Positions 39,707 to 51,786 are shown, counted from the first letter of the stretch. The stretch: 64,000 nucleotides of DNA from Octopus sinensis (GCF_006345805.1 NC_043002.1:101246001-101310000), one strand, 5' to 3'. Notes: a model not told the origin generated them from the sequence alone. Translations and numbers: made by a program.

Positions 39707-40748
39707 AAATGATGTACAAGAAAAAGAATTAAGTATTGGAAAATTTTATGGTAACTTGAAATAAAGTATCTCGTGAAATCTGTGTTAAAGCAGCGAAATT
39801 GAAGATGGATTCTCGTCATGTGTAAAAATTGACAATAGAAATATAAAAAAGGTAAAAACAAATCGCAAACAATAACAACTTAAATTTATGTAAAAAAAAA
39901 AAAAAAACAAAACGAAACGAAACGAAAACAAAAGCAAAAAAGCAACAACAACTACAATAACAATGAGCAATCAATAAATTTCCGAATATAAGCGATTAAA
40001 AGAGGAAAAGAAAAAAATGCATAAATACTTTAAATAATGACGAAACATGAAACATTAATTAAAAGAAAAATAACATTTATTGATAGATAATGATTATTGG
40101 GGACACACACACATACATACATACATACATAAATGCATACATACATACGTACATACACACATATATATATATATGTAATGTATATATAAATATACACATC
40201 GCTATACACACACACACACACATATATATATATTATATATATATAAAAGAAAATGATGTACAAGAAAAAGAATTAAGTATTGGAAAATTTTATGGTAACT
40301 TGAAATAAAGTATCTCGTGAAATCTGTGTTAAAGCAGCGAAATTGAAGATGGATTCTCGTCATGTGTAAAAATTGACAATAGAAATATAAAAAAGGTAAA
40401 ACAAATCGCAAACAATAACAACTTTAAATTTAATGTAAAAAAAAAAAAAACAAAACGAAACGAAACGAAAACAAAAGCAAAAAAGCAACAACAACTACAA
40501 TAACAATGAGCAATCAATAAATTTCCGAATATAAGCGATTAAAAGAGGAAAAGAAAAAAATGCATAAATACTTTAAATAATGACGAAACATGAAACATTA
40601 ATTAAAAGAAAAATAACATTTATTGATAGATAATGATTATTGGGGACACACACACATACATACATACATACATAAATGCATACATACATACGTACATACA
40701 CACATATATATATATATGTAATGTATATATAAATATACACATCGCTAT

Positions 40749-40788
<40 letters not shown>
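39701..40788. repeat. Tandem duplication, unit about 544 bp
   Basis: AAAAGAAAATGATGTACAAG starts at 39701 and 40245; differences are mostly homopolymer or microsatellite length. Confidence 0.95.
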
Positions 40789-40800
<12 letters not shown>

Positions 40801-41663
40801 TTATATACATGTCTTTTTATTTATTTGTATATATGCATCCACACACATATTTTACATACATACTGTATTATACACACACGCACACACACACACATATACA
40901 TATATGCATATTCATTATACATGCTTATTTAGATAATTCCATACATGCACATATACATGTGTGTGTGAGTCTGTGTGTATGTGTGTACCTGTGCGTGAGT
41001 GTGTGTGTGTGTGTGTGTGCATATGATGCACACAGGTACACAAATATTGCGTAAATGTCTGTGTGCTAAGTGTATATGATGGCAGAACGGATAGGGAACT
41101 CAGCATCCAGCGGAAGATTAACGGGTTCGCATGCTAGTTTCCAACTTAATACAGCGCATTCTTAATACCATAGTCTATGTAACTGTAAAATGGTGGCATG
41201 CAGCAATATAATTTATGAGTTAAGACAGCATTAGCTTCATTGTTTAAATGTATGGAGTTCAACCATTTCTGCAGAAAATCTACACACCATTTCGAAGAAA
41301 GGCTAATCACTCTTAACTACATGTAGCGATAATTCGCTGGCTTTATTATCTTATACTAATGCAGAGAGTATAAAGATGAAATCTACCAATGATCTCTTGC
41401 GTTAGAGATGAAGGTTTAGACAGGTTTTTATAACACTACTTGAGTCTCCAAGCAATCATCTGCCTGAGCATTGCCTGGATACATGAGGCATGTAATAAAA
41501 ACCTGCCTAGAAACGTGTCTTCACTGCAAGAAACTATCAATATCTCGTAATTTTATATTGTATGTATTAAATGATTATTATCTCTCACTGGATGGAATAC
41601 TTCTTTGTTGACCGTACTTCAACGGAACAGTGATTTAAACCTCGCTAAGTTAAATATTTCAAT

Positions 41664-41726
41664 CACCTGAAGAATGACTGTAACTCGAATTTTTACGAAT
41701 TGGACAGCCATGAAACGATCGTAGTG
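41664..41726 (+). ncRNA. Minimal type I hammerhead ribozyme
   Basis: CAC-CUGAAGA-AUG(A)CUGU[loop]ACAG(C)CAU-GAAA-C(GAUC)G-UA/GUG; canonical core, palindromic loop III. Confidence 0.75.
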
Positions 41727-41862
41727 TTATACTAATTATCTTTTTTTAATAATTTTGATATATATTTAAAATAATATAAATTAATTAATCTTATGTATTG
41801 GCTTAAGTTTTTCATTGTATGATTTGCCTAATAGTGGTTTTATCTCTAAGTTAATATAATAT

Positions 41863-41914
<52 letters not shown>

Positions 41915-42054
41915 TTGTGTGTGTATAAATATGTATATATATATATTTGTGTGTGTGTATATATATATATATATGTGTGTATATATATGTATGTATGTAT
42001 ATATTATACTTCAAATTTAAAAAAAAAAAAACAAAACAAAAGACGAAGACAGGT

Positions 42055-42175
42055 GTATAAACAGGAAACAGGTATACTAGTTTCACGCTTAGGAAGGTGA
42101 GAAAGTCTTCAACAGAAAGGAACACGAGGAAATAAACAGAGAGAGAATAAAAAAACTTTTGGAGCTAGCGGTCAA
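42055..42175 (-). mobile_element. PLE pLTR remnant with the ribozyme core deleted
   Basis: GGTGAGAAAGTCTT|CAACAGAAAGGAACAC matches 16735-16790 but lacks the central roughly 24 nt. Confidence 0.6.
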
Positions 42176-43169
42176 TTTTGGCACCTATATATATACATAA
42201 ATTCGCACACACACACACACACACACATATATATAATACATATATATATATATATATACACATATATAATACATACATACATATACATATATTTGTAATA
42301 TGTGACAATTATTCGGTTGCCATAATAAAACTCCGAGTTTCGGATATCGGGGTGTATATATATACACACCCACACTCCACCCTGACAATTACAAGATACA
42401 CTCACACACACAAACGCGTACCCAGTACGTACACGCACACACATGCACAGTACCCTGATAAACGTAACACACACGGACACACATAAACGTAACACAGATT
42501 CACAGCCTCTGTCAAATACAATACACTCACACGCATACAATGCACCTCAACACACACACGTATGCACACACACACACACAACACCACGGGACAAGAATAA
42601 CACTACAAAAATACACAGACACACACATATATACTTACGTGCACGCACACACTACCCTGTCCAACACAACACCCACAAACACACACACGCACACACACAG
42701 ATGTACACATACACACGAACAAACAAACACATATACACATACATACACACAGGCGCACACACACAGCACCCTGACAAATACGAATCACTCACACACACAC
42801 GTGCACACATATACAGACCCCAACCTGCTAAATACATTTCTTTATTACCCACGAAGGGGCTAAACATAGAGGGGACAAACAAGGACAGACAAAGGGATTA
42901 AATCGATTACATCGACCTCAAAATATAAAACACACATAAACAGACCCACACACGCACACACACACACACGACACTGAACTCTAAGACCAGTCAAAAACCA
43001 CCACACACATACACAAGCATATATATACACACATATAGAACCGTGCACACACACACACACACCATTTTGAACTCAGACCAGCCGAAAAACCACCATGACG
43101 GATTAGCCCAGAAACAAAAAAATCCTTTTAATTCTAAATCAGATCCCGTGACTGCTTCCAACTAACCTC

Positions 43170-43470
43170 CCACACTATTTCTAAAAATAGCAACCATCTT
43201 TGCAAAACACATCTACGAGACTGGAGATGAAGGAAAAAAGTCGGTCATTGGTCATTCCTCTAAAATCCTTATAAACTATTATGATATCTGATGAACTTTT
43301 GACTAACCAATACACACTTTCTCCTATCAAATACTGTCTACAAAATCTTTCTGTATATTTGCTTAGAAACAATTATGATTTTTGATGAACTTATAAACAA
43401 TTATAAACATATTTTACTGCTTATTCTGAACACTTTTATGTAAACTGTTTAAACACAAGGCCTCTCTTAA
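43170..43470 (+). mobile_element. Probable PLE GIY-YIG C-terminal remnant
   Basis: KIATIFAKHIYETGDEGKKSVI resembles the S-L-S-KHIW-L motif of PLE endonucleases; GAAACCGGTC (HHR 3' half) follows at about 43597. Confidence 0.45.
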
Positions 43471-43663
43471 CATTTTCTTATCTTTGTCAAAGAATCTATT
43501 ACTGTATTTTAATACGTCTATGTTAAATAATTTTTACACCACGAAGGATACACAAAGCCTTGCACTTTACTTTAGAAAATTTAAAACGAAAAAAGTGAAA
43601 CCGGTCAAGTCAATAAACGTCTTTAAAAGACCTCTGCATTTAAAAATGTTTTCCCTATATATT

Positions 43664-43794
43664 GGAAGGCACTCGTGCGGTGCCTTCCTATTTTACTTCG
43701 GATTCCGCGCTCCTTCTGGTTTCGAAGGCATAAACGGAGCATTTCTCGTTAGGCTGGTAACTCGAATTATTACCAGTCTGACGAGAAGAGTTTC
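43664..43794 (+). ncRNA. Structured RNA candidate: three adjacent hairpins, the last pre-miRNA-like
   Basis: Perfect 9-bp stem 43664-43688. Arms 43736-43760 and 43770-43794 form a 25-position stem with one mismatch and five G-U pairs, 9-nt loop. Confidence 0.45.
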
Positions 43795-44731
43795 GGGCGC
43801 TCTTGTGGAATTCATTTTATTGCAAGTATTCCGACCAGGTCTCCGATTTGTGAATACATTCGTCCCTTCCTCGTATTTTTGTAATTTTGTGTAATATATT
43901 TACGAGGGAGTTCTTTAGAGATGCTGTTTCCCACATCATAAAGGTTATTTGTTTTGTCACAGAATATACAATAATACAATATTTTTTAATTCCAAATATT
44001 CTTAATGTCAGCTATAAGGTTATTTAAAAATGGCGTTTGTTTTATAATGGAAACCACTGTTTTCTACCATCGCTAAAATGTCATCACCAAAAGGTTGTAG
44101 GCTTTAATCAATGGGATGTTTTTGCATTCTACAGTTGTAGTAGTCCATAATTATTTCAATGGCAAAAGAATCACAAAAGAAGGCTTTCCAGCGCATGCGC
44201 ATAACTATATACTCCGCATTCTCTAATAGTCTGAGTGGTTGTACTCATTGGTTGTGCTAGTCTTTGCAGAATAACTTTGGCTGTTTAGATTCCTTTATTG
44301 CTTTGTCCTTATTGTGTCATACTTTGGACTTCGGCCATAACGGGGCACAAACTTTTAAACAAGACAACTTATTTCCTGATCCCTCAGTGATTCCAGTCGT
44401 TTCCCTTCCATATTTATGCTCCTTCCTTTCTTTTAGATGTCGCTATCATATGTTTAAAAATACTAGACTTTTGGTAATCCGAGGCAATTTACACACTTCC
44501 ACCAAGACGCTTCAAAACACCTCACAGTCGATACACATAATCAGAAACTATGCATACGTCTGGAAACTGAATATCTATATACGGGAGCTGTTGAAAGGAA
44601 GGTGCTAATGTATCGTCCAGCGATTGACTGAAGCGTTAAGGTTTTAAAACTTTGGTAACGAGGAGCATATCTACTGAGTTGACTACGCCATTTGATTCAT
44701 AAGCTCGCGTATACACACAAATAAATATGTT

Positions 44732-44780
<49 letters not shown>

Positions 44781-44782
44781 TG

Positions 44783-45346
44783 AGCGCACAGAATAACCGT
44801 TGTCTTGCAGTGTCCTCAAAACATGTACCGAGATTGATAAAAATCAAACATCGAGTCAGCATCATGGTGATGGCGACGTTACACCTCCATTCATCCTCCT
44901 ACACAGTCTCAGACTCAACACGGATGCTTACATCAAGTGCCTGGAGTTCCTGGGTTAAGAGGGTGGCTGCTGGAAGACCCTATATCTGGCAACAGGACTC
45001 TGCTCCTTGTCACACAAGCAGGAGAACACAGTCATGGCTGTCAGACAACATTTGCGACCAAACAACCCTAACATCTGGCTACCTAACTTCCCAGACTGCA
45101 ATCTCCTTCATTATTATGTGCGTGGGGCGCAGTTGAGCGAGAGACCAAGGAAAATCCTTGTAACACCAAAGATGAACTGAAGGCAGCGATTATGGCAGCA
45201 TTCACCAACTGAAAGAAGGAGACTGTCCAGATGAGTAGCAGGAGATTCCGAAGTCGTCTGGAGGCCGAGGTTGAAGCCAATAGGAATTTCATAGAATAAA
45301 TTTTTGTCTTTAGTGTTTCAAGACAATTTCATGTAAGTTTTGGTAC

Positions 45347-45348
<2 letters not shown>
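44783..45348 (+). mobile_element. maT/Bmmar1-like (DD37D-type) transposase 3' fragment
   Basis: WVKRVAAGRPYIWQQDSAPCHTSRRTQSWL...WLPNFPDCN...FRSRLEAEVEANRNFIE. Confidence 0.85.
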
Positions 45349-45416
<68 letters not shown>

Positions 45417-45837
45417 TTTTCTACTACCATAAAGATCTCACAGACAGTAATACACGTAGGCAAAAAGTGTGTTACTGTCTGGAAGATCTTTTATGGGAGT
45501 AGAAAAGGCATTTAACTCCTATTTTTAAATCCGGTGCGGGGAGAAACAATTAGCTGACCCTTAATTACAAATATGTTCATGATTATAGAATATTTGTATA
45601 AATTTACCTAAAAAGGTTATTTTAACGTACCGAGCTACTTGGTAAAATTATTAATCATTATTTAATTATATAAATATATATCTCGTAACATACAATTGCC
45701 AACCAAGTGTGGAAACCTATACAGGACAGTGCTACTGATGTCTATAGCGTCCAGGAAGGCATCTCTTCCAGATGGCTAACGGCACTCATTCTTTATCCGA
45801 TTGGCTAGAGATGGGAGCGAGGACCTCTCCTCGCAAA

Positions 45838-47321
45838 TACTTTTGTGCGGGAGCTTTGACCTCATGAAACAAAACCCCTTCAATCAGTTTTCTACTCGTT
45901 TGGCTTTAATAGCCTTTTATAATTGCCTCTGCAAGTTAGTAAAGTAGTCTCCATTGATATTGTAGTCTTTCTGAAAATAGTCCATAAACACAATGCATTT
46001 TGGATCTCCGCAAACTGAAGCCATTACCGTCCTTGCAGATGAAATAGTTTTGTCTTTTTAGAGCAAGTGAGGAGGGATGTTCCCATTGCATGGCTTGTCG
46101 TTTTGTCTCTGGCTCAAAGGGACGAACCCAGCACTCATCCTGGTTTAGGAAACACTCAAGGACATCACCAGGATCAATTCCAAAGAATGTCTGATTTTTC
46201 CGTGATGTAATTATGCCAAGTTCATTGTGCAGAATATATTCAACTTTCTCACGGGGCATTCTAACAACATTGGCTATTTGATTTATAGTCAATCCCCTGT
46301 CGTTCATTACCATGTGGTGAACACAATCAATGCTTCCGTCGGTGCTGGCACTTGCAGGGCGTCCAGATCGTGGCTCATCTTCGTGACTCTCCATTCCCCT
46401 CCTAAATTCAGCTGCTCCCTTTTGCACTGCTGAGAAAACTGGATCCTCACCCACTTATGTAGTAATCATGTCAGCATGAATATCCCTGTGGATTAAACAC
46501 TATTTGCAGGTACTTAGTTAGTTAGTTAGTTAGTTAATTTGGCTCAAAAGCAAATAGCAAGGCCATGTAGGGGGACATGGAGTTAAGTACAGGGTGGTGT
46601 TCATGTTAAGAGTTCAGGCCACTTGAGGTCAAGGGAGGCTTTGAACAAAGCGGTCGTCGGCATCTTCACCATCTCGTCTGGTAACTTGTTCCACAGATCC
46701 GCAACCCGGACGGAGAAAGCTCCTCTCCTTCGATTGAGATGAAATCGTCGCAGGTAGAGCTTTTCGGAATGATCCCGCAGCCGACACTCTGGAGCAGGAG
46801 TGAAGAACGGCTCTTTCCAGAGGTTACACTTTCCGCTTATGATGTTGTGGGCGAGAATGAGATCACCACGGCGGCGGCGTTTTTCTAGAGAATAAAGGTC
46901 GAGCGTCCTCAGCCTTTCCTCATAGGACAAATTTTTGAGACCATGAACCATGCGGGTAGCCAGCTTCTGGACTCTTTCGAGATGCTGTATGTCTTTGAGG
47001 AGATAAGGAAAAGAGGCTTGAATCCCGTACTCCAATATGGGTCTCACCAGCGTGACATAGAGTGGTAGGAATATGGCTGCTGTGAGCATTCCGAATGACC
47101 GTCGAATCAAGAACTTGATGACACCACGATGACAAATCTTGTTCATTTTGAAGAGGGTTCGCTACAGTTACATTGAAAACCTTCGAACGGTTAGATGTCA
47201 GTGTATCTGAAAAGAAATAATGCAGTTAACAAGGAGAGTTGAAAATAATGCATGTCAGAATTCACAGCTCTAGTTTTAATCCTGTATAGTCGGCCTATGA
47301 ACTTTTTAGCCCACCCTCGTA
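45838..47321 (-). mobile_element. Mariner (irritans-like) transposon, 3'-truncated and interrupted by a LINE
   Basis: 5' TIR TACGAGGGTGGGCTAAAAAGTTCATAGG at 47321; MNKICHRGVIK; AEFRRG...DEPRSGRP; DECWVRPFEPETKRQAMQW; SAGKVMAS-like; GVLFHEVKAPA. Confidence 0.9.
46516..47112 (-). mobile_element. Young 5'-truncated CR1-like LINE inserted in the mariner
   Basis: Unbroken LYVTLVRPILEYG...LERVQKLATRMV...SYEERLRTLDLYSLEKRRRRGDLI...FSVRVADLWNKLP; (CTAA)n tail; AAGT duplicated at both junctions (plus-strand ACTT at 46512-46515 and 47113-47116). Confidence 0.93.
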
Positions 47322-47397
47322 TGTATATGTAGATATATAAATATATATATGTGTATGTGTGCGTGTGTGTGTATGTGGAGAAAATAAGTGCATTCCC

Positions 47398-47945
47398 ACG
47401 CAGAAAAATCTGGAACTGCGATAGGAACGACGGTAGCCCCTACTTTTGCTAACCTTGTATTGGCATACTTTGAAGTCCAAATATACGAACACGCCAAACT
47501 GAGATTTGGTGACAACTTCCAAAAATACCTACTCGCTACATGGAAAGGTACCTGACCGATTGTTTCATTCTGTGGTCATGTAATCTTGATCAACTTTGGA
47601 TTTTAAAAACCTAATTAACAATATATATTAACCATAGCGTAAATTTAGAATGGAATGCACTCACAAACAGCTACCCTTTTTGGACATCTTAGTCATAAAA
47701 GAGATACTTGCATTGAAACCGACATCTACTTTAAACCAACAGACCCAAAAGAATATCTACTCTTCTATTCCTGCTATCCAAAGTATGCTAAAATCAATAT
47801 ACCTTTTAACCTGGCAAGAAGAATTTGCACAATTGCATCAAATCCCGATACCCGAGATAAGAAAATACCCGGTTAGTTTAATGAAAAACGGAATAGAAGG
47901 TGCAAAAATTTCCAGAAAAAAAATAAGAAATTGGAGAACTGAACT
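47398..47945 (+). mobile_element. PLE reverse transcriptase fragment, decayed
   Basis: GTAIGTTVAPTFANL, QLPFLDILV, ETDIYFKPTDPKEYLLFYSCYP...NIPFNLARRICTI. Confidence 0.9.
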
Positions 47946-47959
47946 ACATACTCAAAAAC

Positions 47960-48130
47960 AGGCACAGCAATGGATGTGTGGTTAAGAAACTCACTTTGCC
48001 TCCATGTGGTTCGGATTCAGTCTCACTGCGTGGTACGTTTAGTAAGTGTCTTCTAATTCAGCCTCGAGCCAACCAATGCCTTGTGAATGAATTTGGTTGA
48101 CAGAAACAGTGCATAAGCCCGTCGTGTGTG
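47960..48130 (+). mobile_element. Family C SINE head, decayed
   Basis: GTGTGGTTAAGAAACTC...CATGTGGTTCGGATTCAGTC...AAGTGTCTTCT...AGCCCGTCGT. Confidence 0.7.
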
Positions 48131-48140
48131 TATATATATA

Positions 48141-48192
<52 letters not shown>

Positions 48193-48575
48193 TATATATA
48201 TATATATATCTATATATATATATATAAAAACTTGATTTCGAAACGTACGTCCGTGGATAACTAAAAAAATGTATGATAGATTGCAGTCATTCATTCTCTC
48301 TTACCTGTTTGTGTCTGCCTTCCAAATGCTGTTTTTACTGAGATCTCCCTTTTTAGTAAAAGAAATAGCCTATAACCCTTTGACTGCTATTTCTAAATTC
48401 GGTATGTGGTAAGGCAACTCGTTGCTAAACCCTTATTGCTTAGTATTACTTATATATATATATCTATATATATATATATATCTATATGTATATATATATA
48501 TCTATATATATATATCTATATATCTATATATATATATATATATAAGCGAGAAAGAAGCAACAAGAATGGATAGGT

Positions 48576-48664
48576 TTTTAGTACGATCGTTTCATACAAG
48601 GACAGTTTTATTAAAAGTTGCAAGATAACAGCATATAAACGAGTCCCGTACTCATCAGCTAAAA
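48576..48664 (-). ncRNA. Type I hammerhead ribozyme, left arm
   Basis: Reverse complement of the 49305-49395 motif. Confidence 0.82.
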
Positions 48665-49304
48665 TACATGTAAGTTCTCTAGACATCCTAGTGTTTGAGG
48701 CTATACTCATGAAGTAATGTAGATAATTAAACAGATTTCTAAAGTTCATTAAAGTTCTTTAAAGATGATGCATAGTCTTATCACAGAATTTTAAAAAAGA
48801 TTCCCTTCTCTATTCTTGGCCGATCTAGTAAGCCCTTCAACCTTTAAGAGTTAAATAGCTGCAGCCTCTTGTGAATAGCAGTAATGTGATTAATATGGCA
48901 AACACCTAATCATATGACAAGGATTGGTACCTACCTCATTGTGTTCAACCATTGTAAAATTTATCGCCTGTGATATGAAATTCATCTCCATTTCTCTGGA
49001 AATTTACATCTACACCATTGGAATCTGTGCATATATACAAAGGATTAATTCACCCTCTCTGTAATGCTAATAACAATGGATAAATTTGTCTTCTGTGAGT
49101 ATATAATCCCTCATCATATCTATGGAAATTCATATGGATTAGGTCACCTTCTCTGTGATGCTACCAAAACTTTTTTAAAATTCTGTGATAAGACTATGCA
49201 TCATCTTTAAAGAACTTTAATGAACTTTAGAAATCTGTTTAATTATCTACATTACTTCATGAGTATAGCCTCAAACACTAGGATGTCTAGAGAACTTACA
49301 TGTA

Positions 49305-49395
49305 TTTTAGCTGATGAGTACGGGACTCGTTTATATGCTGTAATCTTTGCAACTTTTAATAAAACCTGTCCTTGTATGAAACGATCGTACTAAAA
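49305..49395 (+). ncRNA. Type I hammerhead ribozyme, right arm
   Basis: UUUUAG-CUGAUGA-GUACGGGAC[loop]GUCCUUGUAU-GAAA-C(GAUC)G-UA/CUAAAA; canonical core, 6-bp stem I, about 9-bp stem II. Confidence 0.85.
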
Positions 49396-49624
49396 ACCTA
49401 TCCATTCTTGTTGCTTCTTTCTCGCTTATAATCACCCCACATTACTGTATTGTTAAATCAGTATAGTTTTTTTTGGTGCATCTAAGTTAGGTACCATATT
49501 CAAGTAAATTTTTTAAATTAACTTGAATCTTTATTGCTCTTTGAATATATATATATATATATAATATATATATATAATATATATAATATATATTATATAT
49601 ATATATAAGTAAAAAAAAACCTTT

Positions 49625-49868
49625 GTTGATGACGAATGACCATGTGATTACATCTAGAAAGTTCCTCTCCGTGGCACAAGTCTACCCAAGTTTGTTTATG
49701 GAAGACCAGCAGTTACCCATGCATACCAACCTCTCCACGTCACCGATGATATCCAAGGGAAAAGCAAATACTGATACAGTTTGGCTCCAATAACGTAACA
49801 GCTCCTTTCTACAGCTGAGTGAACTGGAGTAACGTGAAGTAAAGTGTCTTGCTCAAGAACACAACACA
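49625..49868 (-). mobile_element. CORE-like SINE, family D-related
   Basis: Reverse complement GTGTTCTTGAGCAAGACACTTTACTTCACGTTACTCCAGTTCACTCAGCTGTAGAAAGG. Confidence 0.7.
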
Positions 49869-50330
49869 TCTCGTAAAAATAAACTTTGTTTCTCGCAACG
49901 TATTATTGCATATTTACTTCTTGGGCTCGGTACATAGAAATAGCAAATTGAAGGACACTTCTTCATTCTTATAGAAGACCAATAATGAAGATCAAATACA
50001 AAACGAAACAAATATACAATAAAGCGAAAAAGTTATCACATATAACCGTTAGTAGATATCGATATGCAAACCCCCACATATTTGTAATCTGGCGCAGGTA
50101 CACAGGCTCGTACAAACGCACAGTTACGTACAAACACATACACACACACACACGCGCGCGCGCGTAGTCTGGGGCATATTCACTCGCTCTCACGCAGAAT
50201 TAAGCAGGTCTTAAAATCGCTGCTGATTAATGACCCGTGATATGATATTGGCATTGGCAGACGTCACTAGAAAATCTCTTATATATTTGCAAAGCAGGCC
50301 TTGTCTTTCATCGTGACCTGGTGATTACCG

Positions 50331-50369
50331 CCCGTTGATAAGAGACAATAATCTCGAAACCGGTCCGTG
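50331..50369 (+). ncRNA. Decayed minimal hammerhead motif
   Basis: CCCG-UUGAUAA-GAGA(CAAUAA)UCUC-GAAA-CCGG-UC/CGUG; two core substitutions. Confidence 0.35.
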
Positions 50370-51173
50370 CGTATCACGCAGGCTTACGAGGAAGGGATGG
50401 CCTCCCTTTGCAAATACTTCTAGGGCACAGAAAGTCTGTCTAAAACCAGCTGGAGACGATGATCTCCTGGGGCTAAAAAGCTACAGTAACACCCCCACTT
50501 TGTGGTTAGCCATATTGAGATGGCTTTTATACTTTACGATATGATATTGCTTAGTGAGGAAAGGAATCACACCTGATATGCTGGGGTACTTGGCCTGGCT
50601 CCTGTATCTTCATGGTTCTTGTACACTCTTAAATACCGACATAAAGACCGACATACAGGCATACGTACTCATACGCACACGCACACAGTCCAACGTATAT
50701 GCCTATAGGTGTGCGCACGCACAGACATATTCACACAGCCCTGCGTATGTATCTGTATGTAGACACAGACATGTTAATATACGGCTTTAGGTGCCTCTTC
50801 GTGGGTTTATACACTCACAAATACACTTCAACACTTTCGGTGTATAGATACTTCCACATCTATAGAAGTGTATAAGGATAGGCAAATTGAGGATACGCAA
50901 CCATGTAAGTACAGATAGATGAATTTGACACTCAGACACAAAAATGTGATATATATCAGAAGACATGGCAAGTATTATTACACAATTGAATAATGAAATA
51001 ACAAAACGACATAAGTCACAAGTATTCCGTTCGTCGAATGAGCGGGAACGTGAAACTCTGAGTAACAGCTTTCGTTATATGTTTGTTGCTTTTAAATAAA
51101 TCATATTACTCTACCTCTGGTATTTGCGTACTCTTTTTCTCCACCTTGTTTCACATTTATGTTTTTACTCCGG

Positions 51174-51205
<32 letters not shown>

Positions 51206-51786
51206 CAGACATATATGTATGCACGCGGGGTGGGGTGTATGAGTGTCTGTGTGTGGTAGCATCCTCTGATTCTCTGATATAGTGACCTGCTTACCGCATT
51301 CGAAACCACGTACTCTGGAGGCAATTGTGACTTCTCTTCCTGCCGCTCCCAATGTCACTAGCTTAGCATTTCATCCAAATCTTTATCCCCTTCAGTTGTC
51401 CCCCTACGTACATTTTCCCTTTACCTTCAGACATGGCCTTGTAGCTACTCAAACAGTGCACAAGCAATAGATGTCATCAGTTTTAAAATGTCAATAAAAG
51501 ACACAGTTGACGCTCTTGCATTCCTAATAGCTATTAAAAATTAAAAAAAGAGAGAGATTCCAACATTTCAAGATAAATGAATCATTGTGAATCTGCAGAA
51601 TAACTTTGATTCACCACCGCATGACTGCAATGTATTGTAATATGGCGTAATATGCAGTAATAATTCTGTAATACAGCGCAGAAGCATTGTAATCCCCCGT
51701 ATTATAGTAGTAAGACTGTAATATAGCAACACATAAGATAGGAGGTGCAACCTACTAATACAATCTGTGTGTGTATATATATATAT

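Larger units (their letters stand above)
48541..49430. mobile_element. Long inverted repeat (48541-48799 and 49170-49430) with 370-bp spacer; inverted pLTR-like pair
   Basis: Arms identical by eye except for two 1-nt indels and one substitution; each arm contains an HHR. Confidence 0.9.

Noticed and set aside
43777-43815. CTGACGA followed by an AAGAG/CTCTT stem as a hammerhead
   Set aside because: No GAAA after stem II; the core lies inside the long hairpin.
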